Of a stretch of 64,000 bases of DNA, positions 45,517 to 60,141 are shown in pieces (positions within the stretch are counted from its first letter, which is position 1; the number at the start of each line of letters is the position of its first letter). The notes beneath the pieces are model-generated. The model ran no database searches. It saw only the letters and a program-made list of their open reading frames with translations, and was not told the DNA's origin. The position numbers were made by a program, and so were the translations under genes. Source of the stretch: Ministeria vibrans ATCC 50519 (taxonomy: Eukaryota > Protista > Filasterea); the NCBI GenBank assembly GCA_943704425.1, contig CALSCP010000013.1:11236-75235 (forward strand), written 5' to 3'.

Positions 45517-47111
45517 CTAACAGTCGGAGCGAAAAGCAATGCGTGCGCGCAGCTCCTTGGGTTGGAGCGATAGATGAAGGCACTCCCGAACAGGTTCCGT
45601 GACAATGTCGACTGTAAAGAAGCGCACAATGCGACTCAGTGCCAGTGCGGTCTCCACCCCGACAAACTTATACGCTGGGCAAATACGCGGACCTCCACCA
45701 AACGGCAAGAAGGCCTCTTCGTTGTGCATCTTTAGTCCCAGAGCGTGACGATCGTCGGCACTGAGGAACCGGCGTGGAAGAAACTGGGGCGCGCGCGAGA
45801 AATGCGCCTCGTCCCTCTGATTGGCACCCATCACCAACAGCATTGGGACTCCCGCCGGCACTACCACACCTCCCACCAATTCGGTCTCGCACGTTGTTTC
45901 CCGCGCCATCACTGGCACAATGTGGTGCAATCGAGATGTCTATTCAAAAGCTCCTGTTCATCACCATGGCCCATGCATATGGGAATTTTTCTTTTGTATA
46001 CACTCACCTCGTGTATGACAGCCTGGGCAAAGGGAAGCTCTTCGAGGACACTGCGTCCGTTGTGGACCTTGCCCGAAAACGCACATGCTTCAGAGATCAG
46101 GCGCGCTTGGGTGTCGGCACAGCGGCTCACCTCGTAGAGGGCCCACGAGAGCAAATCCGAGCTCGTCTCGTGACTCGCCGAGATGACATTGTAGATGTTG
46201 CCCAGCACCTCGTCGTCAGTGAGTCTCCGCGACTCACTGGTGTCCGTCGACGAGCGCTCTTCAAGACGCCTCACGAATATGCTTCCGGCGGCCGACTCAC
46301 GCAGCTCCTGGCAAAAATTGACCGCAATGGCATGCTGTTCGTCGTCGAGCCGGTCGCGCTCGGTGCGCAGCTCCGCCGAACGCCATGTGGGGTGGTTGGC
46401 GCGCCGAAACCGATCCCAAAACGATCGAAAGTCACTCATAAATGCTCGCACGACGCGCTCCATGTACAATTGGCGCTCGTTCCCATCGGTGTCTAAAAGT
46501 GCGGAAGGAGGTTGCTGTAACACAGCGACAAGAAAGATTTCAAGCGCCAACCGCGCCATTTCGAAGTGGAGGTCCACCTCACACGAGTCACACCCGCCCA
46601 GAAGCAACCGCCAGCGCTGCTCAAAGGCAACTGCGACCTGCAGCATGCCGGGGGTGAACGTCGTGTACACAAGCGACGAATTCAGCGTCCGCCCTACAGC
46701 ATTCCTGCTGCGCCGCCACTGCTCGCCGTTGGTCGACGTCACGCCCACAAAAAGCTCCTGAAACACTCTTGCTTGCACTGGCGGACGCTGAAAGGTGCCA
46801 ATACGTGTCTGGACCCGTCGGATAAGTTCAAGATTGCACGAACAGACACCAGCAATTCCGGCGATATCCATGCGCGCCGTTCGAAGTGGCACGTCGCGCA
46901 AGGCATCCCAAAGCAACGTGTGTGCATTGGTTATGTCTTTCACGAGCACGGCTGCCGTGCTGGGATCGAGGGGCGGGAGAGACGAGAGTGAGTTGACCCG
47001 TCGTCGAAAAAGAAGCAACATGGCTGGTAAGGCGAATGTCGCAAGGAAGTTAGAGACAAGCGTCTCTGTAGAAACCGCGAGAAGATTGAACAAAAGGGGG
47101 AGCAAGACCAT
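45517..47111 (-). CDS. Cytochrome P450 (2 exons)
   Basis: N-terminal hydrophobic anchor; GEQWRRSR; I-helix ASHETS; ExxR (E|TSR across the intron); FLPRRF; heme loop FGGGPRICPA. Confidence 0.92.
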
Positions 47112-47606
47112 GGCAGAGTTGGGGGTTAAAAATTAAAATATTGATAATTGAAGAAGAAGAAGAAGTTGATTGGAAAATAAAGAAAACCGAGAGCTGTACT
47201 CAATGTCAAAGCAAGACAATATATAAAACAAAGAGCAGCACAGTACTTCCGCCGTAGACTTCAAGACGAGAATACCCCGAAAGAATTGATATTGAAGAAA
47301 AAGAAGAAGTATTACAATATAAATGATAATAATTATTCATTATTATTATTATTAATATATTATTACATATTGAAGGGACGCCGATCGAACCGGCTGACCC
47401 TCAGTTCTCAGTCGTAAACTCTGAAAGTGCATTTGCATACAGCCTCACTGCCCTCACACCACACAGTTGAATCCATGTGATTGTGGATTAGCGTTTGTTT
47501 TGCGACGCACGATACTAACGTTGATTGATGTAAGCATCCTGAGAAGAATGAGATCGAAAAGAACGCAAAAGTGCAAACCTGAGACTCTGAATAACAAGGG
47601 GTTCAT

Positions 47607-48099
47607 TTATTTCATTGGGGAAAACGGAGCGGGCGCAAAGAGAGCCGAGGAATGACCTGCGGCAAACGTAGAGTTGAGGAGGGACTGGTAGGTGGGGGCA
47701 GCGGAGAGGAGGAGTTTGGTGCCGACGGGCCCGGTGACAAAGGAGAAGGCACCGCGCACGGTGGTCGCGCCGCGGTTGGCCTGCACCGTCGCTTCCTCAA
47801 GCTGCGTGGGGCTGTCGGCGTCGAAGATGGCGTCGCCGTTGGCCAGCGGCACGGGTCCCGTGATCATCTGTACCTGGTAGAAGTGGTTGGCGGTCGCCTC
47901 GTCCTCGGTGAACGGTCGCAGGGCACCCACGGCCATGGCCGACGACTGCGACACGAGCCACGGCTTGATCTTCGTAAAGTACTTTTGGAATGGCTTGTTC
48001 TTGGCCAAGGCAGTGCGCACCTCAGTGCGGTGATCGAGACTGTCATATCTAGATAGAGAGAGAGTTTTATAATAATAATATTATTATAATCGTGCGTGC

Positions 48100-48132
<33 letters not shown>

Positions 48133-48673
48133 GCATGCATGTGCATAGAGGAGTCCGCCTCACTCTCGTTCTCTCTCTCTCTCTCTCACGCGTGTGTGAG
48201 TCTGTGTGTGTATTTTTCTGTGTGTGTGAGGAGAAAGATTGAAACTTTTCCACTTTGATCAAATCAAAACACCCGCAAAGGCGTGGGCGCACGTGAACCC
48301 ACACACCCAGTCAAAAAGAAACAGGGGGGTGTGGCGACAAGGGCCACCAAAGCCTTCTACTGAGTCTTACTCCCAAATGTGTAAGACTGAATTGAGAGTC
48401 GCTCCAGTCTCAGTCACAAAGAATCCCGACAGCGTGGACGCCTCCAGCCGCGGGTGGAACTCAGGACCTCCCGTCAGCGCAAGGTACTTTGACATTTTAT
48501 CTGAGGAAAGAGAGCAGGAGTGAGCGGCGAGGGTGGCCCATCGAGCGCGAACCGGGATGGAGCTGATACTGTCGGATCTCATAGACCTTGGTCCTTTTGA
48601 AATCCTCCACAAAGATCGAATGGTACCGGCGACCCACAACGGAGCGAGCGGCGCGAACAGAAGCTGCAAGCAT
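47607..48673 (-). CDS. NIPSNAP-family protein, likely mitochondrial (3 exons)
   Basis: Arg-rich presequence MLAASVRAARSVVGRRYHS; VYEIRQYQLHP; GFFVTETGATLNSVLHIWE|YDSLDHRTEVRTAL. Confidence 0.8.
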
Positions 48674-48984
48674 GACAAAAAGAGTGTGAAAGAGTGATCC
48701 TGAATAAATTATTCCTGATTTTAAAAGAGTGAGTTATCTGTTCCTGAAGCGACTGACGTTTCAGTTTCAGTTTGGCAGAGTGGAGCTTTATCAGATAGGT
48801 AGATCGAGAATTCAGGGTACACTCCAACACGATTTTTGGGACACTCACGAGTCACAGCGCTTTTTTTGGAGGGACTTTCCATCGTTGACTTCTGGTTGAA
48901 CACTCGAATGTGAAATGTTTAGAGCTTAGTCACTTTTCAAAAGACTCAAATAAGGCAAATTCCTTCTAATTATTATTATTATAC

Positions 48985-51900
48985 ATGGGAAAGTTTCGTA
49001 GTCGACGATCCATGGGCGCGCAGCAGGGCAGTCCGCTTGTGAGCGGGCGCCCCGCTCCGTCGGTGTGGTTTGTCGAGCCGGGCATTATGCCCAAAGTTGC
49101 TCGTCTCGTGGCCGACGCCAGAAGACCGCAAATGGACGACGCCTCGGGCGCGTCGGCCGCTGCGAGAGGTGCAGTCGACGTGAACGCATTGGCGGTAAGC
49201 CAAAACCCTTCTGAATTGCGTTTGTGTGCGCGTTTTTTTTGCTCATGCCGACGCATCTCCTGTGGCGCAGTTTAAGCTTCTCAAGCACGCCGAGTACCGG
49301 GGACGCTCAACAACGATGCTTGCACGAGCCATCACGCGGGTTGTTGCGGCCATCGACAGTGGTACACAGGGAGCACACTCTCGCGTTGTCGTTCCCTCTC
49401 GCTCACCGCTCTCTTTTTTCATGCACAGGTCTTCCGACAACGGCAGAGGGCATCACGTTTGAAACGGCACGCCAGCGAAACCTGGACGGCTCTTATTCGG
49501 GCAGCAGCAGTCGTGCGGCCAGCAGAGAGCCACCGGACGTTGAGGATCGCGTTGGACATGACGGCGACCGAGACGCTCTGGCCATGGCACGCGCCGTCGC
49601 CAATGGCAGCCACAACGGACAAACGAATGACAACACCGAGGACGGAGGCGACAATGGCGACAACGACGATGACGACGACGACGACGACGAGGAGGAGGAG
49701 GAGGACGACGACGAAGCAGCGTATGGATTTGCGTCCAACGGCGCGCTTCAGTTGGTCGAGGTGAAGGACAGCAACGCACTGAATCGTGCCATGCAACGTC
49801 GCTACGCGGCAACTACAGCCGCAAGTGCCGCTTCCACACCTGCACCCTCACCACCTGCCACACCCGCACTGACACCCGCACGAAGAAAAGCGCCAACACC
49901 AGCGCGCGCAGCAAAGCGACCGCGACGCAGCGGGCGTTCAGACGCCGACGACGACGACGACGTCGTAGGCGGCGCAGATGACGACATCAGCAACCGGAAG
50001 AAAAAGAAGTCGTCGTCGTCGATGGTTACGGTGCCCACAGCGACGTTTGCAGACCTGGGGGGCGTCGAGACAATCTTGGGAGATCTGCGTGAGTTTGTCG
50101 AGAGACCGATGCAACACCCTGAGATTTATGTGCATTTGGGGATTGATCCGCCGCGTGGGATTCTGCTGCACGGACCACCGGGCTGTGGCAAGACGACGCT
50201 GGCCCGTGCCATTGCAGGCGAAATGCAAGTACCCTTTTTGAGCATTTCGGCGCCGGAGATTGTCAGTGGGATGTCAGGCGAGAGCGAAGCCAAAATCCGC
50301 GAGCTGTTCCAGTCGGCGATTGACGCCGCGCCATGCATTGTGTTCATCGACGAGATTGATGTGATATCGGCCAAGCGCGAAAATGCCCAGCGTGAGATGG
50401 AGCGACGTATTGTTGCACAGCTGTTCACGTGTATGGATTCGCTGACAATGGAGCGTACAGGCAATCGCATGGTGATGCTTCTCGCGGCGACCAACCGCCC
50501 GGACGCTCTTGACGCCGCTCTGCGTCGCGCCGGTCGCTTTGACAAGGAGATTTGTCTTGGGGTGCCGGATCAGGGTGCGCGCAAGCGGATTCTGGAGGTG
50601 ATCACGCGCAACATGACCGTCGACACTACCGTCGACTATGGCGAGTTGGCCCGTCGCACGCCGGGCTATGTTGGGGCGGACCTGGCGGCCCTTGCCAAGG
50701 AGGCTGCTGTGCTTGCCGTGAACCGCATTTTTGAGCATGTGATGGAAGACGGTGGTGGCAGTGATGGGGCTGGGGACGCGACTAGTACCAGTGCGACCGT
50801 GAGTGTGAATGCTGATGCAACTGCGACTGCTATGATGGATGTGTCGATGGAGAGCAACGCGAGCGACGGGGCAACAGCGACCATTACAAGGAGCATGGAC
50901 GAGACGCTGACGCTGGCCGACGCAGAGTGTGCTGGCAACGAAGAGTCGGCGTTTCTGTTGTCACTTGCCAAGCGCAATCGCGTCCACGACCGCCTACGGT
51001 TGCATCGCGAGACACTGACGCCGCAAGAACTGGCGCCACTCAGCATCAATATGGTGGACTTTGAAGGAGCCCTGTCGCGTGTGCAGCCGTCAGCCAAGCG
51101 CGAAGGGTTTGCCACGACACCCGACGTAACCTGGGCCGACGTGGGTGCGCTGACAGACGTGCGTTCCGAGCTCGAAACGGCCATTCTGCAGCCTATTCGC
51201 TTTCCCGCCGCCTTTTCGCTGCTGGGCATCTCGGCGTCGGGCGTGCTGCTGTACGGGCCGCCGGGCTGCGGCAAGACGCTGCTGGCCAAGGCGGTCGCCA
51301 ACGAGAGCGGCGCCAACTTTATCAGCGTCAAGGGCCCCGAGCTGCTCAACAAGTATGTGGGCGAGAGCGAACATGCGGTGCGTCGAGTGTTCCAGCGTGC
51401 TCGTGCCAGTGCTCCCTGTGTCATCTTTTTTGACGAACTTGATGCACTGTGTCCACGTCGTGCCAAGGACGGCGGCGGAGACTCGCGTGCTAGCGAACGG
51501 GTGGTGAATCAACTGCTTACTGAGATTGACGGAGTAGACTCGCGTCGTCAGGTCTTTGTCATTGGCGCAACCAATCGCCCCGACATCATCGACGAGGCCA
51601 TGATGCGACCTGGTCGTCTCGACAAGCTTCTCTACGTGCCTCTCCCGGCGCCCGAGGGTCGTGTACAGATCCTACGGACGTGCACGCGCAAGACGCCACT
51701 CGACCCCGACGTCGATCTCGAGCAGGTGGGTCGTCTGCCGCAGTGTCGTGGCTTTAGTGGCGCCGACCTCTCATCGCTCGTGCGCGAAGCGTCCGTATCG
51801 GCACTCCGTCGCCACTTGGCCACTGCGTCGCACGCCTCACTCGACCAACTGCGCGTGTGCTCCGCTGACTTCACCTACGCCTTCACCAAGGTGCTTCCTT

Positions 51901-52046
51901 CCGTCTCGCAGCGCGACGAACAGCTCTACTTACGTCTCCAGGGCAAACTGCGCGGCGCTCGCGCACGCCTCAGCACCGAACCCACCGCGTCGCCAGCATT
52001 GAGCGCCGATGCGAGTCAGTCGAGCAAACCTGATGTAAAAATTTAA
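48985..52046 (+). CDS. NVL: Nuclear VCP-like AAA ATPase NVL/Rix7
   Basis: Two AAA domains (GPPGCGKT x2); EIVSGMSGESE; QREMERRIVAQL; VQPSAKREGF; ELLNKYVGESE; two 5' introns. Confidence 0.95.
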
Positions 52047-52775
52047 TGCAAGTTCGGTATTTTGGATATAATTAATTAGTGTTCATGTGACGTGTGTTGT
52101 TGACCATATTAAACTCCAGTCAACTCTCGAGTCCTGTTAACTGTTTTCGTGCCCTCTCAATTTTTTATATTATTTTTTTATTTTTATTTTTTATTATTTT
52201 TGAGGGGTTCGCTTTTATTTAGGCACGATTGATCTTCTCTCTCTCTCTTTTTTTTTTTTTTTGCCGGTTGTGAACTTCTTGTGAACTCTCTGCAACATGC
52301 GCAAGGGCGGGCGCCCACTTGGACTGAGCCGTACCAACTAGAGACTTGAACTTTCTTTTAGCGAGTCGCAAAACAGCAGCGTCAGCGGGAGAGTGGCTTG
52401 TTTTGCGGGTGTCGAACCAATTGCAAGCACGTCGAAATAATCCCCTCATCTTTTTCCATTAATTGTTGTTTTTTTTGAGGGCCCTCTTTTCTTTTCTCGC
52501 AGGCGTTTCGGTACCACAACTCGCGTCATCCGTCAACAGCGTTTGTCTTGACAACTTTCTAACAAAGGGCACCAAGGGAGCTCAATGGCGTTGTAACAGC
52601 CGAGATTGAGCTTGTAGATGGCGCGAAGTGGTGACCCTCAAAATTTTTCTGGCTGGTCGAATACCCTGCGTGTCGATGTCGTCGAAAACTGATTAAACTT
52701 CAAGTCACTTTTTTTTTGTCTCTTTCTCCCAGCGACTCTTTAAGAAATTTCAACACAACTGACAACAGTGGCAAT

Positions 52776-54725
52776 ATGACGACGACGACGACGACGACGG
52801 ATGAGATCATCTTTGCAAACCAGCAGCTTTCCGACTTGTGCAGTCAAGTTGGTCGACAACTCGAAAAAGTCCATCCGCACAGCGCGGCGCTCCTCTTCGC
52901 GTACAAGAACCATCCTCATCACGCCTACCAGTCGGACTTTACCATTCCCATGGTATGTACCTGAGTATGGCGGGGTTTCGCGTCGAAAATGGTTTTCCCG
53001 CTTTTCTCCCTCAAACCCCTATTGCGCGTTGTATTGGTTGCTTGTAGCTTTTTTGTATCGCATTTGCTTGTTGGCTGGCAAATTTTATGCACGTGTTTTA
53101 TTCTCCGCTACTTGTCGCCGAAAACTCAACCCCAGAAGAGTTTTCTTAACCCCAGAAGAGTTTTCTTTCTTGGTAGCGAAAGATTTGCGGGTGACCCTCA
53201 AAAATTTGATGTTGGCTTAAAAAAAGAATAATTTTATACAATCACCCCCACCACTCTCGTGCACAATGACATACCCATCACTTCATGGCCCCACGCCCAG
53301 TTCTCCACACCAATAGTCCGGCGCTGTTTAATTTTTTTTTACCTGCATTATAATTGTTTTTTTTTGTGGAACTGAAAATTGAATTGGTTAGTGGACATTG
53401 AACTGCGTTTCCGTACGGTGCCTGCGAATGCCCTCTTCGCGCGTTCGTAGCCTCACTGGTGCAGCCGAGACCAAATCACAAGTTGTTGCGTATGTGTGCA
53501 GTCACTGCGGAATGTGGATTGATCGGTAAGTGCGTAATAATAGTAACAATTTATTATAACAATAACAACAATAATAATAATGTTTTTTTTTGTATTTTTG
53601 TTTTCCAGATACGTTCGAATTGTGGCCCACTTGCGAGACACTCACCATATCCTTACTGGGCACTACAGCCAGGAAAAACGCACACTTGCTTGCAGCCTGT
53701 GCCACGTGAGCTTGGCCACACACAAGGAGGCCTTGGCCCACCTTGCCACTGCTCACGGGACGCAACACCTCGCGCCCGGTCAGGAACACCCCGACGACAG
53801 CAAGGATTTTCCGCCGTCGGAACGCGACTGGAATACCGAAAAAGCTATTAAAGCTTTGCAAAAGTACAACGGCAGCGAAGACACGAACGAGAACGAGGAC
53901 GAAGAGAAGGCGGGGATCGGCAGCAAGGGGAACAAGAAGGAGGAAGCACACAGCGTCGCAAAGGTCTCGCGCGCGTGTAAGAGCTACAGCAGACGTCGCA
54001 TCCGTAGCGCCAGCTCAACTCTCTCCGGCTCTGTGCCCTCCTCTACGTCACCGACACCCGCCACGCGCACGACACTCGAAATGGTGCACGATATGCTGCC
54101 CCCAAAGGGACGCGGCCGCCCGCCTCGCAGTTGGTACGACAAGCGCGACGAGCTCTACCGCCAACACGGAATCCCAGTCCCCCCGTCGCGCAAAAGAAAG
54201 AGTACTAGCGACAGTGATTCGTTGGCGGCATCATCTGAAGGAGAGGATTGCCCGTCGGGAGTACTGGAGCCGCGCAAACGAAGCAGGTCCACGCCTGAGC
54301 CCTCCTCAGACTGTGACTCTTCGGCTGTCGAAGACTTACTCAAGATGCTTGGGCTTGACAACGCGTCGTCTGTCAATGCCGACAGCACCACTGTCAATAA
54401 TGTCATTGGCGCTCAACTCCAAGAAGAAGACGCCGTCAGGGGTATCGAGCGTGACCTCAGGCTCATGCAACCATTCTCCACCGGTTGTGTTGCAGTTGAC
54501 CCGGTCGGTCCTGAGCACACCGTGCCCGACTCACTACCCGTACTATCGGTACAACACATAGCCGAAGACTTGATAGACCTCCACAGCGTCGAGGCTGACC
54601 TCGCTCTGGGGATATGCACGCCAGTCTCCAAGACAACCACAACAACCGACGACGATTTGTTTTCAGTTGCCGACGATGCGAGCACCCTTCCCGGAGTTGT
54701 TCCCGACCTTTTTTTGAATTATTAA
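52776..54725 (+). CDS. C2H2 zinc-finger + AT-hook protein, putative transcription factor (3 exons)
   Basis: Spliced YVCSHCGMWIDR|YVRIVAHLRDTH and LACSLCHVSLATHKEALAHLATAH; KGRGRPPR; basic NLS-like patches; acidic C-terminus. Confidence 0.72.
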
Positions 54726-54792
54726 ATATTAATCGATACACAATCAACATGTAACAATAAAATCTTACTTCTTCTAAGATCTGATTGATGGG

Positions 54793-54796
<4 letters not shown>

Positions 54797-54823
<27 letters not shown>

Positions 54824-54866
54824 TTATTATTATTATATTAATTTATTTTTTTTATTTTTATTTTTA

Positions 54867-54918
<52 letters not shown>
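54797..54918. repeat. (ATT)n AT-rich intergenic repeat
   Basis: Seen directly. Confidence 0.9.
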
Positions 54919-54919
<1 letters not shown>

Positions 54920-54965
54920 ATGGAATCAATCAGAACTTCAATCTTTTACACTTTTTTTTTTTTAA

Positions 54966-57314
<2,349 letters not shown>

Positions 57315-57363
57315 GCCACTCTTTATAATAATACAGCTGTTACGTTGTATTAAAATGGATTTC

Positions 57364-58078
57364 TCAGTCGTCGTCGCCCGCAAATAGCCACTTGATGAAC
57401 TTGATTGGTCTGCAGGACAAAGAAAAATTGCGAAGTCAAGGTAAGGGCGATTTGTCTCATGTCTCATCTCAGATGAAATATTCGTACGCTTTAATCAGGT
57501 TCTCGAGAATGTCCGCCTAGAAAAATTAATAATGAAATTTTAGGAAATTTGTGGTTTAGTGTGTAAGTGGTCTGTCTGGTCCTTTCCCGCTTACCATGCA
57601 CTGTATCAAGCAAGCACAAGGGCAGCACAGAAGTTTGACTACAGAGAGAGAGGAGAGAGAGAGAGGAATGTGGTCGAGAATGGAGAGAGCAAAGTAAGAG
57701 TGAGAAGAGCAAAGTAGGAAGGGAGTGGCCAAGAGAATGCATCCGCGCTGCTTCTGAAGCCACTTCTCAGTTCTCGCTTCACACTCCACACACGCGAGGT
57801 GCCTCTCGTCGCGTGCGCAGCAGGGAAGTTCTCATTCAGTCAAAATTCAAAAAAAAAGGCTCCAGACTAAAATGCACTCTGGACTCTGCAGCAACCCGAT
57901 GCTATACTTACACGGCAGGAGAATAATCCAAATGAGAATGCCCAGAAGACTGCAAAAGAGAAAGAGATTAGGAAGTTTTTTATTTCGTCAAAAATACAAC
58001 TTACGAAATAATGCACAAAAGTGGCACGCAAATGAGCAGCGCAATGACCTTGAGAAGGCCCGTAATACAAAAGCACAT
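57364..58078 (-). CDS. 76-aa hydrophobic Cys-rich peptide, Taximin-like (5 micro-exons)
   Basis: Exons 58078-58005, 57949-57912, 57638-57595, 57516-57488, 57409-57364; all introns GT-AG with compatible phases; product MCFCITGLLKVIALLICVPLLCIISLLGILIWIILLPFKLLCCPCACLIQCMADILENLIKAPIKFIKWLFAGDDD. Confidence 0.82.
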
Positions 58079-58257
58079 ACTGAGAGAAAAAAAAGTTATA
58101 ACTTTTGAGTTTTGTCTCATGAGTTCAATCTCAATAATTCAATATCAACTCTCATTGATGAATGACTCCGGAATTCCTTCTTTCAGAATTCAGAATTCTG
58201 AATTGAGACGCACTCTTATAAGTTATAACTTATTTTTCTGATAGAATCTAAACCATC
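58079..58257. promoter_or_regulatory. Putative bidirectional promoter with twin AAGTTATAACTT palindromes
   Basis: Perfect 16-bp palindromes at 58091-58106 and 58218-58233 between divergent ATGs. Confidence 0.5.
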
Positions 58258-59295
58258 ATGTCAAAGGCTACTGTTCGCAAGGCTGCCCCCGCTTTCTCGG
58301 CCACCGCTCTCGTCAATGGCCAGTTCGAAAGTAAATCAAGAAACAGCCGCCATCGCTCTCTTCCCGACTCCCATCCAACTCGACAACAGACACCCTTTCC
58401 CTCCCACGCCATCTCCGTCGCCTTCCATCCTGCTGATTTTCGTCGTGTTTTGCTTGTCATCTCACAATTCACATGTGAATGCGTTTCACGCATCGAATTC
58501 TCTCTCACACCTCCCCGCCCTGCTTACCGATGACACGATTACAGAGTCCTTATGTCATCTATCGATCTGCCCACTACTCGATCGGCTCTCATCCTCTTCC
58601 CTTTCCCCTCTTTTTTTTTTCCAGCAATTTCCCTCGATCAATTCAAGGGCAAGTACGTCGTGCTCTTCTTCTACCCGCTCGACTTTACCTTTGTGTGCCC
58701 CACCGAGATCATCGCGTTCTCGGATCGCGTCAAGGAGTTTGAGAAAATCAACACGATCGTGCTCGCGTGCTCGGTTGACTCGCACTTCTCGCACCTCGCC
58801 TGGACCAACCTCCCCCGCAACAAGGGCGGCCTCGGCGACATGGCCATCCCCATCATCAGCGACCTCACCAAGCAAATCTCCAAGGACTACGGCGTGCTCA
58901 TCGAGGGCGACGACGACGACGCCGGTGTTGCTCTCCGGTACCCACACCTTGCTTGCTTAGTGCGTGTGTCTCACCCATCATCTCATTCTTAATAGCGGAC
59001 TCTTCATCGTCGACGACAAGGGCGTCCTTCGCCAGAGCACCATCAATGATCTTCCGGTGGGCCGCTCCGTCGACGAGACGCTCCGTCTTGTCAACGCATT
59101 CAAGTTTACCGATGAGGTAAATAATAATAATAATTTACAATAACAATAATATAATAATGTTTTTTGGTCTTCTTATTTTTTCATGCATTTGTGTTTTTGC
59201 AGCATGGTGAGGTCTGCCCGGCAGGCTGGACCCCTGGCGCGCCCTCCATGAAGGCCGACCCCAAGGGCTCGCTCGAGTACTTTGGCAAGAAGTAA
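58258..59295 (+). CDS. Typical 2-Cys peroxiredoxin (4 exons)
   Basis: [15 protein letters not shown]; GGLG; [11 protein letters not shown]; HGEVCPAGW; C-terminal YF. Confidence 0.97.
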
Positions 59296-59617
59296 ACTTC
59301 TTTCACAATGCACATAAACAATTTTTCTCTTCTGTACCGAACAAACGACGTGACGATTGAGGAGTGGTATTAGTGGACACTACGATTGTCACAAACATGT
59401 GTGTGTGTGTGTGTGTGTGTGTGGTTNNATGTGTGTGTGTGTGTGGTTTTATCGTCACTCAACAATGCCATGATTATTATTTTTAATATTGTTTAATTAT
59501 TATTATCATTGACTATTTATTTTAACATTATTATTATCTTGCGAGCGTGTGTTTTCACTGCATTGTTGCCTCGTCCATGCGCGAATGCACTGAGAACATG
59601 TGTGATTGTTATTATTA

Positions 59618-60104
59618 TTATTTTCTATGATACGCCTTCCGGTTGAGATCGCGCAGGGTGGGCCCGTCATCATCGTCCACGACAGGCTTGCCAATCGTTG
59701 CCGCTCCAAAGCCACCGGCGGACTCGTTTACTTTGATCACCTTGACGGAGCCGCGCAGTGAGCGTTTGCGACTCAGTTTTGATTTTGCTTCGCTGTCCTC
59801 AAGCAAATCATCTTCGCTTGTCCCCTCCGATTCTACGCCTGGCCGCACCGCCACCTTAGACGCCACACCCGCTCCTCCATTCTTTACATTTTCCACGCCT
59901 ACACTAGTTGAAGGTGTGCGCTTTGGCTTGGGCAGTGTCTTTGGGGGATGCCCGGTAGTGTCTTCGTCGGGCACCACATTGCCTTGCATTGACGTTTGTG
60001 CGCCGGCCGTTGAAAAGAAGACGGGCGTCGGAATGGTTGGGGGTGGGGGTGGGGGTGATCCGGCAGCGGCACGTCGGGTCGGCTGCTCGTCGTTGCCTTG
60101 GGAG

Positions 60105-60141
<37 letters not shown>

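Noticed and set aside
57740-57840. TPP riboswitch in an intron (CTGAGA present)
   Set aside because: Lacks the downstream ACCTGAT..GCG.AGG core
57904-57925. ATACTTACACGGCAGG resembling the U1 snRNA 5' end
   Set aside because: No U1-70K loop, U1A loop or Sm site follows; it is the reverse complement of the GTAAGTAT donor of the Taximin-like gene
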